This document shows positions 9,084 to 19,639 of a DNA stretch of 64,000 bases, in pieces. Each line of letters begins with the position of its first letter. Position 1 is the first letter of the stretch. Where the stretch lies: the IMG/VR virus record IMGVR_UViG_3300007734_000758, one strand, 5' to 3'. A program made the translations under genes and the position numbers. This DNA comes from a virus. The notes beneath the pieces were generated by a model. That model was given only the letters and a program-made list of their open reading frames with translations. It was not told where the DNA came from and did not search any database.

Positions 9084-10073
9084 TTATAGATATGGACCTG
9101 CAGTCGGTCCTGCCTGAGGTTGCTTTGTTTGTTTCTTCGGTTCCTCTTTCGGTTTCTCCGGTTCGGGCATAACAACAGTTTCAATTGTAATTGGTTCCTG
9201 CTGTTCTATAACAATTTTTGGCTCTTCAATTATTGGTTTAGGTACAACTGTATTACGGTTCCTACCAAAAGCAAAACTAGCAGCAATAACCAATGATATT
9301 GCTAAAGGATCGAACACGAATATGATTAGTACAATGAACCAGTTGATAACCACATTGGTGGGACGCTGTAATAGCTCTGACAAATACTTTAGGGGGCCGA
9401 TTTCAGCTGCTAACTTGTCGGACGTATTTATATCTAATATTTTTAGATCCAATACAGTTATACTATCGTTTACGCTTGACATCTTTGCTGAGAGTTCATC
9501 ACGTTGTTTGATAGCAGAGTTTAACTGTTGTTCGAATACCTTACGCGCACCACTTGAACTCGTAGTTATAATCTGCCCGGTTTCTTTATCCTTATATTGG
9601 TTTATTGTACCTGTAGAGATACCCGAACGTAAATCAGATATACTCTTATCCAGGGACGCCTTCTCTGATTCATAATCAGTTAGCATTTCACTGAAACGTT
9701 CGCGTCTTAATTCTAATGACTGAGTTTGAACCTCAACAGTTTGTAATTCATTTGCCGAAGACTGATAACCCTGACTCAACAAACCATATATACCTGCAGA
9801 AGTGATAAGGGACAGTACGACTAAAGCAGTGACCAGGTATATACGCAGTGCCCTGTTTATCTCTGACCAATAGTTATGCAACAGGGTGGCTGATACAATT
9901 TTAGATGCTTCCAAGAATCCACCCATAATCATTACTGGAACACGTACACCTGCAAATAGCATTGAGAGTCCTAATATAGAATAGAAGGCCGCCGACGAGG
10001 AGAGACCAATGGCACAGACTAATATTATAAATGGTAAAACACGTTTCATATTAATAATTATTACATGCCCCAA
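9084..10073 (-). CDS. membrane protein with coiled coil (likely start MKRVLP)
   Basis: Three N-terminal TM segments, long coiled coil, C-terminal TM with FDPLAI, P/E/K-rich tail. Confidence 0.75.
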   Translation of the reverse strand: MGHVIIINMKRVLPFIILVCAIGLSSSAAFYSILGLSMLFAGVRVPVMIMGGFLEASKIVSATLLHNYWSEINRALRIYLVTALVVLSLITSAGIYGLLSQGYQSSANELQTVEVQTQSLELRRERFSEMLTDYESEKASLDKSISDLRSGISTGTINQYKDKETGQIITTSSSGARKVFEQQLNSAIKQRDELSAKMSSVNDSITVLDLKILDINTSDKLAAEIGPLKYLSELLQRPTNVVINWFIVLIIFVFDPLAISLVIAASFAFGRNRNTVVPKPIIEEPKIVIEQQEPITIETVVMPEPEKPKEEPKKQTKQPQAGPTAGPYL

Positions 10074-10423
10074 GGTATAACGGATTTCGCATATACCGGG
10101 AAAGAAGACTTAATTAGTTTCGTTAAGAACAAACCAATTAACATTGTACGTTGTTCACCATTCAATGTAACCTTAACATGTACAGTCCCTTCATCCGTTT
10201 TATAGATTTCATCCAAACGATACCGTTCAGTTTCATTCCAATATTCACGGCCTGTGCATAGTATATGGACATCTTTTGTTACTGTGCTGCGGATAGTGAC
10301 TGCACGGTAATCGTGTTCCGATCGTCCTGGTTTATAGAAATGTATAAAGTTTGACCGCAATACATCATCACCATGTACGAAGTCTGGATGTATATATCTT
10401 GGATCGTAACGTCTTACCGGCAT
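10061..10423 (-). CDS. hypothetical protein
   Basis: ORF coupled to queD. Confidence 0.6.
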   Translation of the reverse strand: MPVRRYDPRYIHPDFVHGDDVLRSNFIHFYKPGRSEHDYRAVTIRSTVTKDVHILCTGREYWNETERYRLDEIYKTDEGTVHVKVTLNGEQRTMLIGLFLTKLIKSSFPVYAKSVIPWGM

Positions 10424-10995
10424 TAAATCTTCCTATCGTCATATTCAATTACACCCTTTCCATAGGCATAGTCTTGAATCTCCTGTCCCCTAGCATGGAA
10501 GAAGTTCTTACGTTCTTCAGATGTAATACTCTCAAACAAACATTCAGTGTAACAATTCGGAGTCTCGTAAATCAATACTTTATGTATGTGCAATTTAGTA
10601 TTGGAATTAGCATACAGAGTATCAGTCAATATCTGCATTGCTAAGAATATCTCTTTTGCAATATTTTCTACTGAAGGATTACAGTATTCATTCTCACCGT
10701 TTAATGACATCAACCATAACTTAGAGTTTAACTCTTTAGCGGTTTGTATCACCTTTAAATCATGCGGATTTAAAATCATGCCGTGATCTATAATATCATT
10801 TATCCATTGGCAGAAGACACGTTTGATTTCTTTGAAATCGATCGCATAACCAATCTCTTCTATATTCTCAAAAGAAAAGGTTAATTCGTAATTGTACGTG
10901 TGCCCGTGTAGATTAAAGCATTGGAAGCGTTCCGACATCACCCGATGTCCGCTATCAAAGTTTCCTTTCCTAGTAATATATTGTATTCGTTTCAT
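10423..10995 (-). CDS. queD: 6-carboxytetrahydropterin synthase
   Basis: FDSGH, C.NLHGHTY, IDF, DH, NPSVENIA, YETP motifs. Confidence 0.9.
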   Translation of the reverse strand: MKRIQYITRKGNFDSGHRVMSERFQCFNLHGHTYNYELTFSFENIEEIGYAIDFKEIKRVFCQWINDIIDHGMILNPHDLKVIQTAKELNSKLWLMSLNGENEYCNPSVENIAKEIFLAMQILTDTLYANSNTKLHIHKVLIYETPNCYTECLFESITSEERKNFFHARGQEIQDYAYGKGVIEYDDRKI

Positions 10996-11041
10996 AAATT
11001 AAATATAAGAAATATTATTAAATTTTACAAGTGTGTCTATC

Positions 11042-11194
11042 TTACATCTCTTCTATCACACCTAATGCTTCTGCTAATATCAAACCGATAGCAGTCACTG
11101 TCAGGCTGATTGGTAACGCTACATAGGAAATAATCCTAACTGCTGACTTAATAAAACTAATTGTCTGATGTTTTTTTGGATCTGGATGATTCAT
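11042..11194 (-). CDS. small membrane protein (likely start MNHPD)
   Basis: ISFIKSAVRI...ILAEALGVIEE hydrophobic ORF. Confidence 0.55.
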   Translation of the reverse strand: MNHPDPKKHQTISFIKSAVRIISYVALPISLTVTAIGLILAEALGVIEEM

Positions 11195-11211
11195 ACGTTT
11201 TCTTTTTTTTG

Positions 11212-11757
11212 TTAGTAAACCCACGGTTTATTACCGCTGTATTTAAATAGATTTCCGACTTGATTGTGATAACAATTGAAACAGATAAACCGTAAATTTC
11301 CTAGTGCATAATTCTTTAGGTCACCATCCATAAATTCCAGCACAATAGGTACATTGTTGTCTGTTATCCTAGATTCATTATATCCGCAGACTTCACACAT
11401 GTTTTCCTTTATGCCTTCCTTTATCAATCGTTTCTTTAATTTACGTCTGTCGTAGTTAGGGTTCTTATTATCGAATATATTTTGTAATGGCACCGGTGCA
11501 CCGACGGATCCTGGCGTGGCTGTATTTCGCAGTTTGCTCTTTAGCATTCCGACACCACCCTGGTTCTTTTGCATTTCATATAGGGTAAGTCCGGTAGCGG
11601 TGTCTATATACCTTGAACTGTACTTTTTAAATGTAGTTATATCTACTCGTAAGAATTTAGCAGCTGCATAACAGCTTTTAGTATGTGCCATTGCATACCT
11701 AATCTCAGCTTCAGATAAATTCTTTGATGGTATCATAATTCTATTTAAACCATACAC
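11212..11757 (-). CDS. HTH + HNH-like protein (possibly degenerate homing endonuclease)
   Basis: LKKRLIKEG..CEVCG...DGD..N...NLRFICFNC; the canonical catalytic His appears replaced. Confidence 0.65.
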   Translation of the reverse strand: MYGLNRIMIPSKNLSEAEIRYAMAHTKSCYAAAKFLRVDITTFKKYSSRYIDTATGLTLYEMQKNQGGVGMLKSKLRNTATPGSVGAPVPLQNIFDNKNPNYDRRKLKKRLIKEGIKENMCEVCGYNESRITDNNVPIVLEFMDGDLKNYALGNLRFICFNCYHNQVGNLFKYSGNKPWVY

Positions 11758-12113
11758 TCAGCACCATTCTCATTATCTTCAAACACTGAAACGTATACAC
11801 AGTCAAATGCTGTAAGCAATTCTTCTGCTAACATTTCGCATGATTTGGCTCCGAATAGATGCGTTCTATAATCATCACGATAGTAACGATTTTTCAAATA
11901 TTGTATTACATCTCGTTTAAAAACAATAAATTCAACATCACGGTCTGAATGTGTGACTTGTTTCTTAAGAGTAATGTGCCACATGTGTCGATGCAAATCT
12001 TTGAGGAATCGAACCTCTTCAAGTCCCGGAATACTTTCTACTCCAGGAAAACAATGCAAGCCTTCTACCTGCAGTTGTATAATTACGTTAGTTTTTGTTC
12101 CCATATTCTTCAC
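11745..12113 (-). CDS. QueD-like T-fold paralogue; DpdL-like (putative CDG decarboxylase)
   Basis: EGLH, LKDLHRHMW (LxxxHRHx-aromatic), H.DRDVEF, SCEMLA, EDNENG. Confidence 0.65.
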   Translation of the reverse strand: MKNMGTKTNVIIQLQVEGLHCFPGVESIPGLEEVRFLKDLHRHMWHITLKKQVTHSDRDVEFIVFKRDVIQYLKNRYYRDDYRTHLFGAKSCEMLAEELLTAFDCVYVSVFEDNENGAECMV

Positions 12114-12351
12114 GTCTTACTTTTATATGTAACCCAGCTTTTGATAATACGTATCCGTATTTTATTGCTGTATTTTTATTTCCTGTATATAACTTCGATT
12201 GTCCACAGTTGTTTGTTATAATAGCCAACTGCTCACTTCTAATCCTATCATAATGTAATGCCGATTCTAATATGAATATAACATCTTCAAATGAGTGGTG
12301 GTTATCGTTAAATAACCAAACACTATATTGATCCTTTACCTTTTCCACCAT
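12088..12351 (-). CDS. clpS: ClpS-like adaptor
   Basis: VWLFNDNHHSFEDVI...G.S....G. Confidence 0.65.
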   Translation of the reverse strand: MVEKVKDQYSVWLFNDNHHSFEDVIFILESALHYDRIRSEQLAIITNNCGQSKLYTGNKNTAIKYGYVLSKAGLHIKVRREEYGNKN

Positions 12352-12553
12352 AACGTTTTAATATATCAGATTTAATAGACTCTAAACGTTGACAACGTTC
12401 ATACTCTTGTGTCCCTTCAAAATACTCAATCAACTTATCTAACAAATCTAACTTCATTGAATTGGTAAATGTTCTTGGCCAGGGGTTTCTGGATACAACC
12501 AATTCATATGCATCACGCAATGTAACATCTAAATAATTGTTATTATCTGCCAT
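12323..12553 (-). CDS. UVR-domain-like small protein
   Basis: IEYFE..QEYERCQRL. Confidence 0.5.
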   Translation of the reverse strand: MADNNNYLDVTLRDAYELVVSRNPWPRTFTNSMKLDLLDKLIEYFEGTQEYERCQRLESIKSDILKRYGGKGKGSI

Positions 12554-12690
12554 GACTTAAGTATAAAAAAACAATTTGAAACTACCAAATTATCTATTTG
12601 ATACAATATAGAATATTACTGGTAGTTGTACTATCATGTTATAACAACTAATGTACAAATTACATAAATCCATTCTGTTAAATAACTTCA

Positions 12691-13029
12691 TTATTTTTCC
12701 TCAGTTTCTTTCTCACCGCCAGTTTCTTCCTCACCACCCTCTTCCTTTTCGGCTCCTTTCTCCGTATCCGCTTCTTTCTCTTCACCATCATCAGATTTTT
12801 TAGTGGCAGTATCTAAATCAATTATATTTGTTCCTACTAATAAATGGTCTACCATACGGTAATCGAATGGAACCATCTCACCTGTAGTTCGCATACCATA
12901 TCCATAATATGGGTCTTCGATATCTTCAAATTCTACAATTCGAAGATATTCATTATCTACATAAACTTTTACTGGAATCCTGGTAACGAAGTATTGACCA
13001 ATCAATACATTAGAAAAGTATTTTTTCAT
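12691..13029 (-). CDS. hypothetical protein with acidic tail
   Basis: ORF immediately downstream of SOD. Confidence 0.7.
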   Translation of the reverse strand: MKKYFSNVLIGQYFVTRIPVKVYVDNEYLRIVEFEDIEDPYYGYGMRTTGEMVPFDYRMVDHLLVGTNIIDLDTATKKSDDGEEKEADTEKGAEKEEGGEEETGGEKETEEK

Positions 13030-13030
13030 A

Positions 13031-13945
13031 TTATTCTTTTATCCTTTCATTAACCTTATTCCAACAAACAACATTAAAGAAGTCATCAATATAAGATTTG
13101 CGGTCTGATTTATGTTTTACATAGTATGCATGTTCCCACACATCCATTGCTAATAGAATCGTACCACCGAAGTTCGGATCCATTAATGGATTATCCTGGT
13201 TCTGTGTGGTAAGTATACGCAATTCACCATTATCTAATACCAACCAAACCCAACCAGAGCCGAATACGTTTAAGCCAGCTTCTTTAAATGTTTCCTTAAA
13301 CTTCTTATAGTCAACAAACTGTTCAGTGATTAATTCAGCAATACGACCTACTGGTTCTGGATTTTCATTCGGCATCATATTTTCAAAATACAATACGTGA
13401 TTGTAATATCCACCAGCATTATTTCGTACCTTATCTGGATACCTATTCACTACGGCTAACAATCCAATAATCGGTTCTACTGTCCCGAAATTTAGATTGA
13501 TATTGTACTCTTTAATAGCTTCGTTTAATGTATCTGTATACTTCTTAAAGTGCTTTTTGTAGTGCTCTTCCATTGTTTCAGTATCGATGAATTTCTTCAA
13601 ATCATCTAATTTATACTTCAACCTGGGACGTGAGAATGATTCAGGAATAGAGGCTTCCTCTTCCATCAGTAATGACTTAAGAGTAATCTTACCTTCGCTT
13701 ACCGTATTCATTGGAACCTGCTTGGTTTCCATTCCTGTCTTGATATAGTCATTAGCAGTAACTAAATAATCATTAGCTATACTAATCTTATATTCAATCC
13801 ATTCAGGTAAATCCACATCATTACTTAATTGGCGGTAGATTTCTGCAGCGTTACGGGCACATGAATAGGCTTGTTGCTTTGCCATTTCACTTTCATGTGT
13901 CTTGTAACCGAATTCTTCGTAATTTTCGTATAATCTTTTAGACAT
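13031..13945 (-). CDS. sod: Fe/Mn superoxide dismutase with ~100-aa N-terminal extension
   Basis: HYKKH, GGYYNH, FGSGWVWL, NQD, DVWEHAYY. Confidence 0.92.
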   Translation of the reverse strand: MSKRLYENYEEFGYKTHESEMAKQQAYSCARNAAEIYRQLSNDVDLPEWIEYKISIANDYLVTANDYIKTGMETKQVPMNTVSEGKITLKSLLMEEEASIPESFSRPRLKYKLDDLKKFIDTETMEEHYKKHFKKYTDTLNEAIKEYNINLNFGTVEPIIGLLAVVNRYPDKVRNNAGGYYNHVLYFENMMPNENPEPVGRIAELITEQFVDYKKFKETFKEAGLNVFGSGWVWLVLDNGELRILTTQNQDNPLMDPNFGGTILLAMDVWEHAYYVKHKSDRKSYIDDFFNVVCWNKVNERIKE

Positions 13946-13969
13946 ATCAATAATAAATATCTAGAATTT

Positions 13970-15163
13970 TCATTTACATACAATTAAATCTGTTTCATAA
14001 GTTTGCAGTTTAGAAATATTGATACTGAATATATCTAATTCGAAACTACCAACCTCTCCAGAAGACTGGATGATTTGTGATAAGTTCTGTACTATATCAA
14101 ATGACTGCTGATTCATACGACGTGCATCGAATTCTACAATGATATCATTCTTCGTGGGATCGCTATATCCAATACAATGTATCCGTTCGTTTAGATTGAA
14201 TTTAGTATTTGATTGTTCCTTCTGTATATATGAACCGGTCAATACTTGCATATCGTCTTCTATATAAATGTCATCACACCAAGGTTCTAACAACTCGAGC
14301 ATTTGGAAGTTGCAATGCCTAACCACAAAACCGACATTGTATTTAGGTGGGACGATCGGTTTCATATATTCATCGTGTTTTACAAAATGCCCCCATTTCC
14401 TGATGAAATTACGGGTACTGCGTATATTCTGTGCTTCCCATTCCGGACTATTTTGTCCCGGTGTAGTCAGTGTGGGGTTAAATCTACTTCCTCTACAAGT
14501 CATATGATACACACAACCTTTCCAGGTTTGAATGAATCTAACACCGTTTAATTGAAACCTATTAAAAATATCTGAATCCTCTTTTGATTGTGGAGCATAC
14601 AATGGATCGTGTCCTCCTATCTCTTGAAAATCTGATTTCATAAATGCCCACGGAGCAAATATACCTTCTGTTAAATCATTACCCTTAAGTTTTCCGACTG
14701 ATGAAAACCATTCAAGGAATTTAGATTCATTAAACTGTTCTGGCTCTGTACCCCAGTCTGCCAGTACCTTTTCAGGACCATCCGGGTGAAGTGGCGGTTC
14801 AATCCTAGTTAATGATACTATCTTTTTTGGTCCAATATGTTTTTCAATCTCATCTATTGCGCCGGGACAAAGGTACATGTCTGCGTGGTAAATTATGCAG
14901 ATGTCATGCGATGCTACTTCATTAACCAACCTATCGTACAATATTGTGTGACCTAATCTGACAGGCCCGTCGTTTCGGATTGCTTTAAAATTGAGATCCG
15001 TTGCCATCATTTCCTGACACCATTGCCATGTACCGTCGTTAGAATAATCATCAGCAACACAGATTTCTACAATATGATTTCCCTGATTACATCTAATAGA
15101 ATCATAGGACCATTTAAGGTATTTTAAATTGTTCCTGGAAGGGATAATAAAACTTATTCTCAT
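13970..15163 (-). CDS. glycosyltransferase family 2
   Basis: ISFIIP, DDYSNDGT, HAD, GGHD...EDSD. Confidence 0.88.
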   Translation of the reverse strand: MRISFIIPSRNNLKYLKWSYDSIRCNQGNHIVEICVADDYSNDGTWQWCQEMMATDLNFKAIRNDGPVRLGHTILYDRLVNEVASHDICIIYHADMYLCPGAIDEIEKHIGPKKIVSLTRIEPPLHPDGPEKVLADWGTEPEQFNESKFLEWFSSVGKLKGNDLTEGIFAPWAFMKSDFQEIGGHDPLYAPQSKEDSDIFNRFQLNGVRFIQTWKGCVYHMTCRGSRFNPTLTTPGQNSPEWEAQNIRSTRNFIRKWGHFVKHDEYMKPIVPPKYNVGFVVRHCNFQMLELLEPWCDDIYIEDDMQVLTGSYIQKEQSNTKFNLNERIHCIGYSDPTKNDIIVEFDARRMNQQSFDIVQNLSQIIQSSGEVGSFELDIFSINISKLQTYETDLIVCK

Positions 15164-15168
15164 ATGAT

Positions 15169-15951
15169 TTACCTATTTTGTAAGAATGATTCTAAATTAT
15201 TTGTTCTAGCATCTTTTATATGTGCAAATGATACTCCCTTATGATGAAATATATAACTGGTTTTACATAACATTGGATACTCATCGTTAGTGAGGAGAAC
15301 TCGCCAATTAAAATCATCTTCATTTTTATAGTTTAGTAGCTCGGGATCAAACATGTTTCCGTCTTCGCGTTCATATTTAATAACATCGCGTTTTAATGAA
15401 AACAAAAACCCACTAAACATCAACATACGAACCGGATCAAATATAAATTTACGGAATTTCATTTCATTTGCATTCATAAAGGCCAAAATACTGTCTTGAA
15501 CATTTTGAACTGCATCGGGCGATTCGTCAATATCCGAATAATAATTTACAATCGATTGGGTTGGGTTGTGGCCGCATCCCACTGAGTTAGACATTGGTAC
15601 TATACATATACTAGGCCACTTAGAATGGCACCTAATTAATTCCTCTATCGATCCTGCAGGTATAATAATATCGTCATTTGCCACAATCAATAAACTATAT
15701 TCTGTATGTTCCTTAAAATACTTGTACGCTAGATTCCAACTATGAGTCAACCCCTTACCAGAATCCTTCGATATGTAATTGATGTTATTAGAAATACACC
15801 ATTCAATCGTACCATCAGTAGAGACGTCATCTATAATGAGCAAATCACAATCCTTTATGTTCGATTTCAAGAAACAATTGTAACACTCTTTGGTATAATC
15901 TAGTTGATTGAATGTAGTAACTACTAGTAATGTTTTCATTTTATTTATCAT
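15169..15951 (-). CDS. glycosyltransferase family 2
   Basis: DDVSTDGT, SWN, NDD, EDD. Confidence 0.85.
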   Translation of the reverse strand: MINKMKTLLVVTTFNQLDYTKECYNCFLKSNIKDCDLLIIDDVSTDGTIEWCISNNINYISKDSGKGLTHSWNLAYKYFKEHTEYSLLIVANDDIIIPAGSIEELIRCHSKWPSICIVPMSNSVGCGHNPTQSIVNYYSDIDESPDAVQNVQDSILAFMNANEMKFRKFIFDPVRMLMFSGFLFSLKRDVIKYEREDGNMFDPELLNYKNEDDFNWRVLLTNDEYPMLCKTSYIFHHKGVSFAHIKDARTNNLESFLQNR

Positions 15952-15953
15952 AA

Positions 15954-16886
15954 TTATTCTTTGAAATATTTAATAGTTCTATTTAATCCTTCGGTTACAT
16001 GTGTAATAGGAATATATCCTAAAATTTCTTTTGCTAAATTTATGTTTGCATAAGAATATGGAATATCCCCCATTCTTTCCGGTCCGTTGGTAGCTTTAAT
16101 TTCGGGATTTATATTTTCGCTTATCATTCTATATAGATCAGCAATATTAGTTTTTTTACCGGCGCCGATATTTAAAACATTAAAATTGGAACGTAACGAT
16201 TGTTCTAAAGCTAACACGTTAGCCATCACTACATTGTCAACATATGTAAAATCTCTTGCATAAGTTCCATCACCGTTAATTGTAGGAGATATACCATCTA
16301 AAAGACACTTTATAAACTTAGGTATTACGGCAGCGTAATCACCGTCTGGCTTTTGTCTAGGTCCAAATACGTTAAAGTATCTCAACCCAACCGTTTCCAT
16401 TCCATACACCAACGAAAAGTTTTTGGCTTGAAGCTCGTTGATTTGTTTTGATACTGCATAAGGAGAAAGGCCATCCCCGGTAGAATGTTCTACTTTAGGC
16501 AACGTCGTATCCGTGCCATATACAGAGGAAGAAGATGCATATACAAATCGCTTAATTCCGGACTTTCTAGCTAAATCTAATACATGAAAAAATCCGTTGA
16601 TATTCGATTCTTGATACAAGTCAGGTTCCTTAATCGATCTAGGAACTGATCCTATAGCTGCTTGATGACAGACCATATCAACGTTTGTAAAATGTTCTGA
16701 TCCCAAAACATTAATATCGCAGTCTATAAGTTCAAAATTTTTATTTGAAAGTAAGTGCTCAATATTTTCAATACGACCATTACAAAAATTATCAACACAT
16801 TTGACCTGATAACCCATTAATATAAGTCGATCGCAGATGTGTGAGCCAATAAAGCCCGCTCCGCCCGTTATCATTACTGTTTTCAT
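15954..16886 (-). CDS. NAD-dependent epimerase (WbpP-like UDP-HexNAc 4-epimerase); likely start MKTVMITGG
   Basis: TGGAGFIG, HQAA.GSVPRS, ASSSSVYG, YAVSK, LRYFNVFGP. Confidence 0.9.
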   Translation of the reverse strand: MKTVMITGGAGFIGSHICDRLILMGYQVKCVDNFCNGRIENIEHLLSNKNFELIDCDINVLGSEHFTNVDMVCHQAAIGSVPRSIKEPDLYQESNINGFFHVLDLARKSGIKRFVYASSSSVYGTDTTLPKVEHSTGDGLSPYAVSKQINELQAKNFSLVYGMETVGLRYFNVFGPRQKPDGDYAAVIPKFIKCLLDGISPTINGDGTYARDFTYVDNVVMANVLALEQSLRSNFNVLNIGAGKKTNIADLYRMISENINPEIKATNGPERMGDIPYSYANINLAKEILGYIPITHVTEGLNRTIKYFKE

Positions 16887-16887
16887 A

Positions 16888-17802
16888 TTACAGAGTCCCG
16901 GCGTAAAAATTTCGTGTGAATATCTTTTCATCATATAATTCGTCGTACTTTACACGTGCCACTGCTGAACACTCATTGTAAAAATCCGCATCGTTTGCAA
17001 GTTTAAATGCAATCGACCTGGCCGATGACAAGTCTCCAATATCGACGGTGGTATATGGATGGCAACGACTCGTATCTAGTCCCTTGTATCCTATACAAGG
17101 AATTCCTAAATATGCACAATTAAGAGCAAATGTACCTGCTGCATGAGTTCTCATTAAGTGCACTCCGAACTTAAATTTATTAAGCTCATGTATCCATTGA
17201 CTCCAATTCATATACGGAAGATGTTTAACTAATTGCTCTTCTAAAGGTTGTTTACGACCCATTGAAGGAGCATATACGTTACCATCTCTAGATAATTCTT
17301 TAGCTATAATCATAGAATCGAAACCTCCATACCATGATACAAAATTACCACCTATAATAACGTCTGTACGATCTTCAGTTTTTAATTCACCGATTGAATC
17401 TTCAATCATTAACGAAGGCATTACTCTAACATCTCGATGCGCAGTTAATCCTTGATAGTATTTTCTGTCTGATTCGTTGTGGGTGAAAATTATATCAGCC
17501 GAAATTAAAGTATTAAAATACCAAACTTGCTTTTCCAAATCATAATCTTGCCAATACCAATTCGGACCTTCTTGCATCACCGCAACTTTTTTACAACACA
17601 CTCGTATGTCATCGATATTGAATGTAGGATTCTTTTTAGGAATAATAACTATTCCTAAATCATAATCTCCATATGGTCGTTGCTGAATGTTATAATGATC
17701 AGCATTTAAGGCAATTTGCCATGCAATTTCAGTTCTAGCATTTGCAAAATTTCTAGGATATCTCCCAGTAAAATTAGCCTCGGTGAAGAAAGCAACTTTC
17801 AT
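16888..17802 (-). CDS. putative glycosyltransferase (GT-B-like)
   Basis: AGTFALNCAYLGIPCIG C-terminal GT-B motif; island context. Confidence 0.55.
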   Translation of the reverse strand: MKVAFFTEANFTGRYPRNFANARTEIAWQIALNADHYNIQQRPYGDYDLGIVIIPKKNPTFNIDDIRVCCKKVAVMQEGPNWYWQDYDLEKQVWYFNTLISADIIFTHNESDRKYYQGLTAHRDVRVMPSLMIEDSIGELKTEDRTDVIIGGNFVSWYGGFDSMIIAKELSRDGNVYAPSMGRKQPLEEQLVKHLPYMNWSQWIHELNKFKFGVHLMRTHAAGTFALNCAYLGIPCIGYKGLDTSRCHPYTTVDIGDLSSARSIAFKLANDADFYNECSAVARVKYDELYDEKIFTRNFYAGTL

Positions 17803-18815
17803 AGTTTATTTTGTTTTATTTTGTTGAATACATCCTCCATGGTATACATTTTACATTGTAACCGTAGCGTGGCTAGATTTTCTTTAGACATTTTTTCTAA
17901 CACTGGCCACCAGTCTCCCTTTGCGTTACCACAAAAACCTCTAGGATTGTTTTCATTTAAAATATACAACCGTTTCTTTGGATGCCTTCTATTATGAACT
18001 CTTAATATATTTTTAATTACATATTGCGTAAATTGATCTCCTAACAACATTTTAGCCATATCACCGAAACTAGTATCCTCACCAGAACATAATAATGATT
18101 GCGGAATATTCACTCCGGACTTAATCAAATCCGATTTGATGACCAAACACGAACCATCAAACTTCGGTTCTGATAACACCCTAACATCCAATGTTTCGGC
18201 CTTATCATTTATAGAGTACATCTGTTCTAAGGTCATGTATGATTTACTAGAACCCAAATCCGTTAACGGCCAGACACCATCATCAATAAATTGTATATCA
18301 GTAAATTCATTATGTTCGATCACTTTCCAACCCGCATCCCACATTTTCCGCTCACTAAAGAATAGAATATACTTAAAGATATTTTGAGTCGATGCATACT
18401 CATCTACCTGTTCTATGATAGAAAATGTTTCACGGGGCCAGAAGCTATCCGTCTCTCCCCAAAGAACAAAATCATTTTCCGTGCAGTAATTATAATTCAA
18501 ATCACGGCGATAATCTGCAATATTATATACGTTTGCAGTGTTGTCTTTGGTTTCAATTATATTACACGCACCCGTTTTAGTTACCAAGCGTGATACTTGG
18601 GAATAGAACTTATTATCTAATTCCTCCCGGGAAATCAACTCAGTATCGATTCGTTCAAAATACTCCGAAACATTCCAAGTAAAATGAAATGTAACATTTT
18701 CAGGATTTTCGATCCCGGCCATCATACCTATGCATGCGTCAACATATTCTGGAAACATTTCTATTTCATAGAACATTACGTGAACACCTATAATATATTT
18801 GTTTTTTAATTTCAT
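17799..18815 (-). CDS. putative glycosyltransferase (GT-A-like)
   Basis: ETD (DxD-like), GEDT; island context. Confidence 0.45.
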   Translation of the reverse strand: MKLKNKYIIGVHVMFYEIEMFPEYVDACIGMMAGIENPENVTFHFTWNVSEYFERIDTELISREELDNKFYSQVSRLVTKTGACNIIETKDNTANVYNIADYRRDLNYNYCTENDFVLWGETDSFWPRETFSIIEQVDEYASTQNIFKYILFFSERKMWDAGWKVIEHNEFTDIQFIDDGVWPLTDLGSSKSYMTLEQMYSINDKAETLDVRVLSEPKFDGSCLVIKSDLIKSGVNIPQSLLCSGEDTSFGDMAKMLLGDQFTQYVIKNILRVHNRRHPKKRLYILNENNPRGFCGNAKGDWWPVLEKMSKENLATLRLQCKMYTMEDVFNKIKQNKL

Positions 18816-19639
18816 ACGTAGTTATGTTTTACAAATTCCCAAGTTTGACTCATTAACGTATTTCGCGTATCACCTCTATCAGACCATCCAGAAAAAATCC
18901 ATGTATAAAAATGTTTTATGAAATGCGGAGTCATATCTTCATTAAGTTGCCAATTATGAACCAAAACTTCTCTTCTATATAAATGATTAACTCCATATAC
19001 AATCGGCAAAATTTTTATATCTACATTGTTCATACGTAAAAAATAATTAATCACCGGTTGATCTCTTCCCCGTTTAACCAATTTATCTTCTTTTTCTAAA
19101 ATACTTTCGTGATTAATATAATAAAATTCTTTCAATTTTTCTAAAACTTTTCTATGTCTTTTGTTAAAAATACAATAGCCCGAAGCAAAGTAATCATTAT
19201 ATCTAAAATGGACATCTGGAAACAAATCCGCGTAACCATTCACACTTTCATACGTCCATTTTAAGTTTTCATTTCCACGTAACGCACAAAACTTATGTTC
19301 AGTATCTTTAAATATATCGGGCATATTCCATTTTGCCATAATACTAGCATCGGTAAGTAATATCTGATCATATTCAAAGATACCTTGTTGCTCTATATAA
19401 TCAAACACATCGAACCATCGTTGCCAATTAACTTTATATTTAAGCAGGTCAGTATCTTTTGTATGATTATATTCAACAAAATAACAATTATTTTTTTCTG
19501 CCCAATATTTCCAAGTTAATTTAGAATATTCCATCCATTCGTAGTCACCGTAATTATGCTTTTGAATTACAGCCGGATCGCTACTTTTTACGCCTATCCA
19601 AAATATTACATTTTTATTCGTTTCCATAGAAGTACTCAT
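18812..19639 (-). CDS. GT8/GT34-like glycosyltransferase
   Basis: WQRW, YDQIL.TDA, DQPVINY; paralogue of the next gene. Confidence 0.65.
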   Translation of the reverse strand: MSTSMETNKNVIFWIGVKSSDPAVIQKHNYGDYEWMEYSKLTWKYWAEKNNCYFVEYNHTKDTDLLKYKVNWQRWFDVFDYIEQQGIFEYDQILLTDASIMAKWNMPDIFKDTEHKFCALRGNENLKWTYESVNGYADLFPDVHFRYNDYFASGYCIFNKRHRKVLEKLKEFYYINHESILEKEDKLVKRGRDQPVINYFLRMNNVDIKILPIVYGVNHLYRREVLVHNWQLNEDMTPHFIKHFYTWIFSGWSDRGDTRNTLMSQTWEFVKHNYV

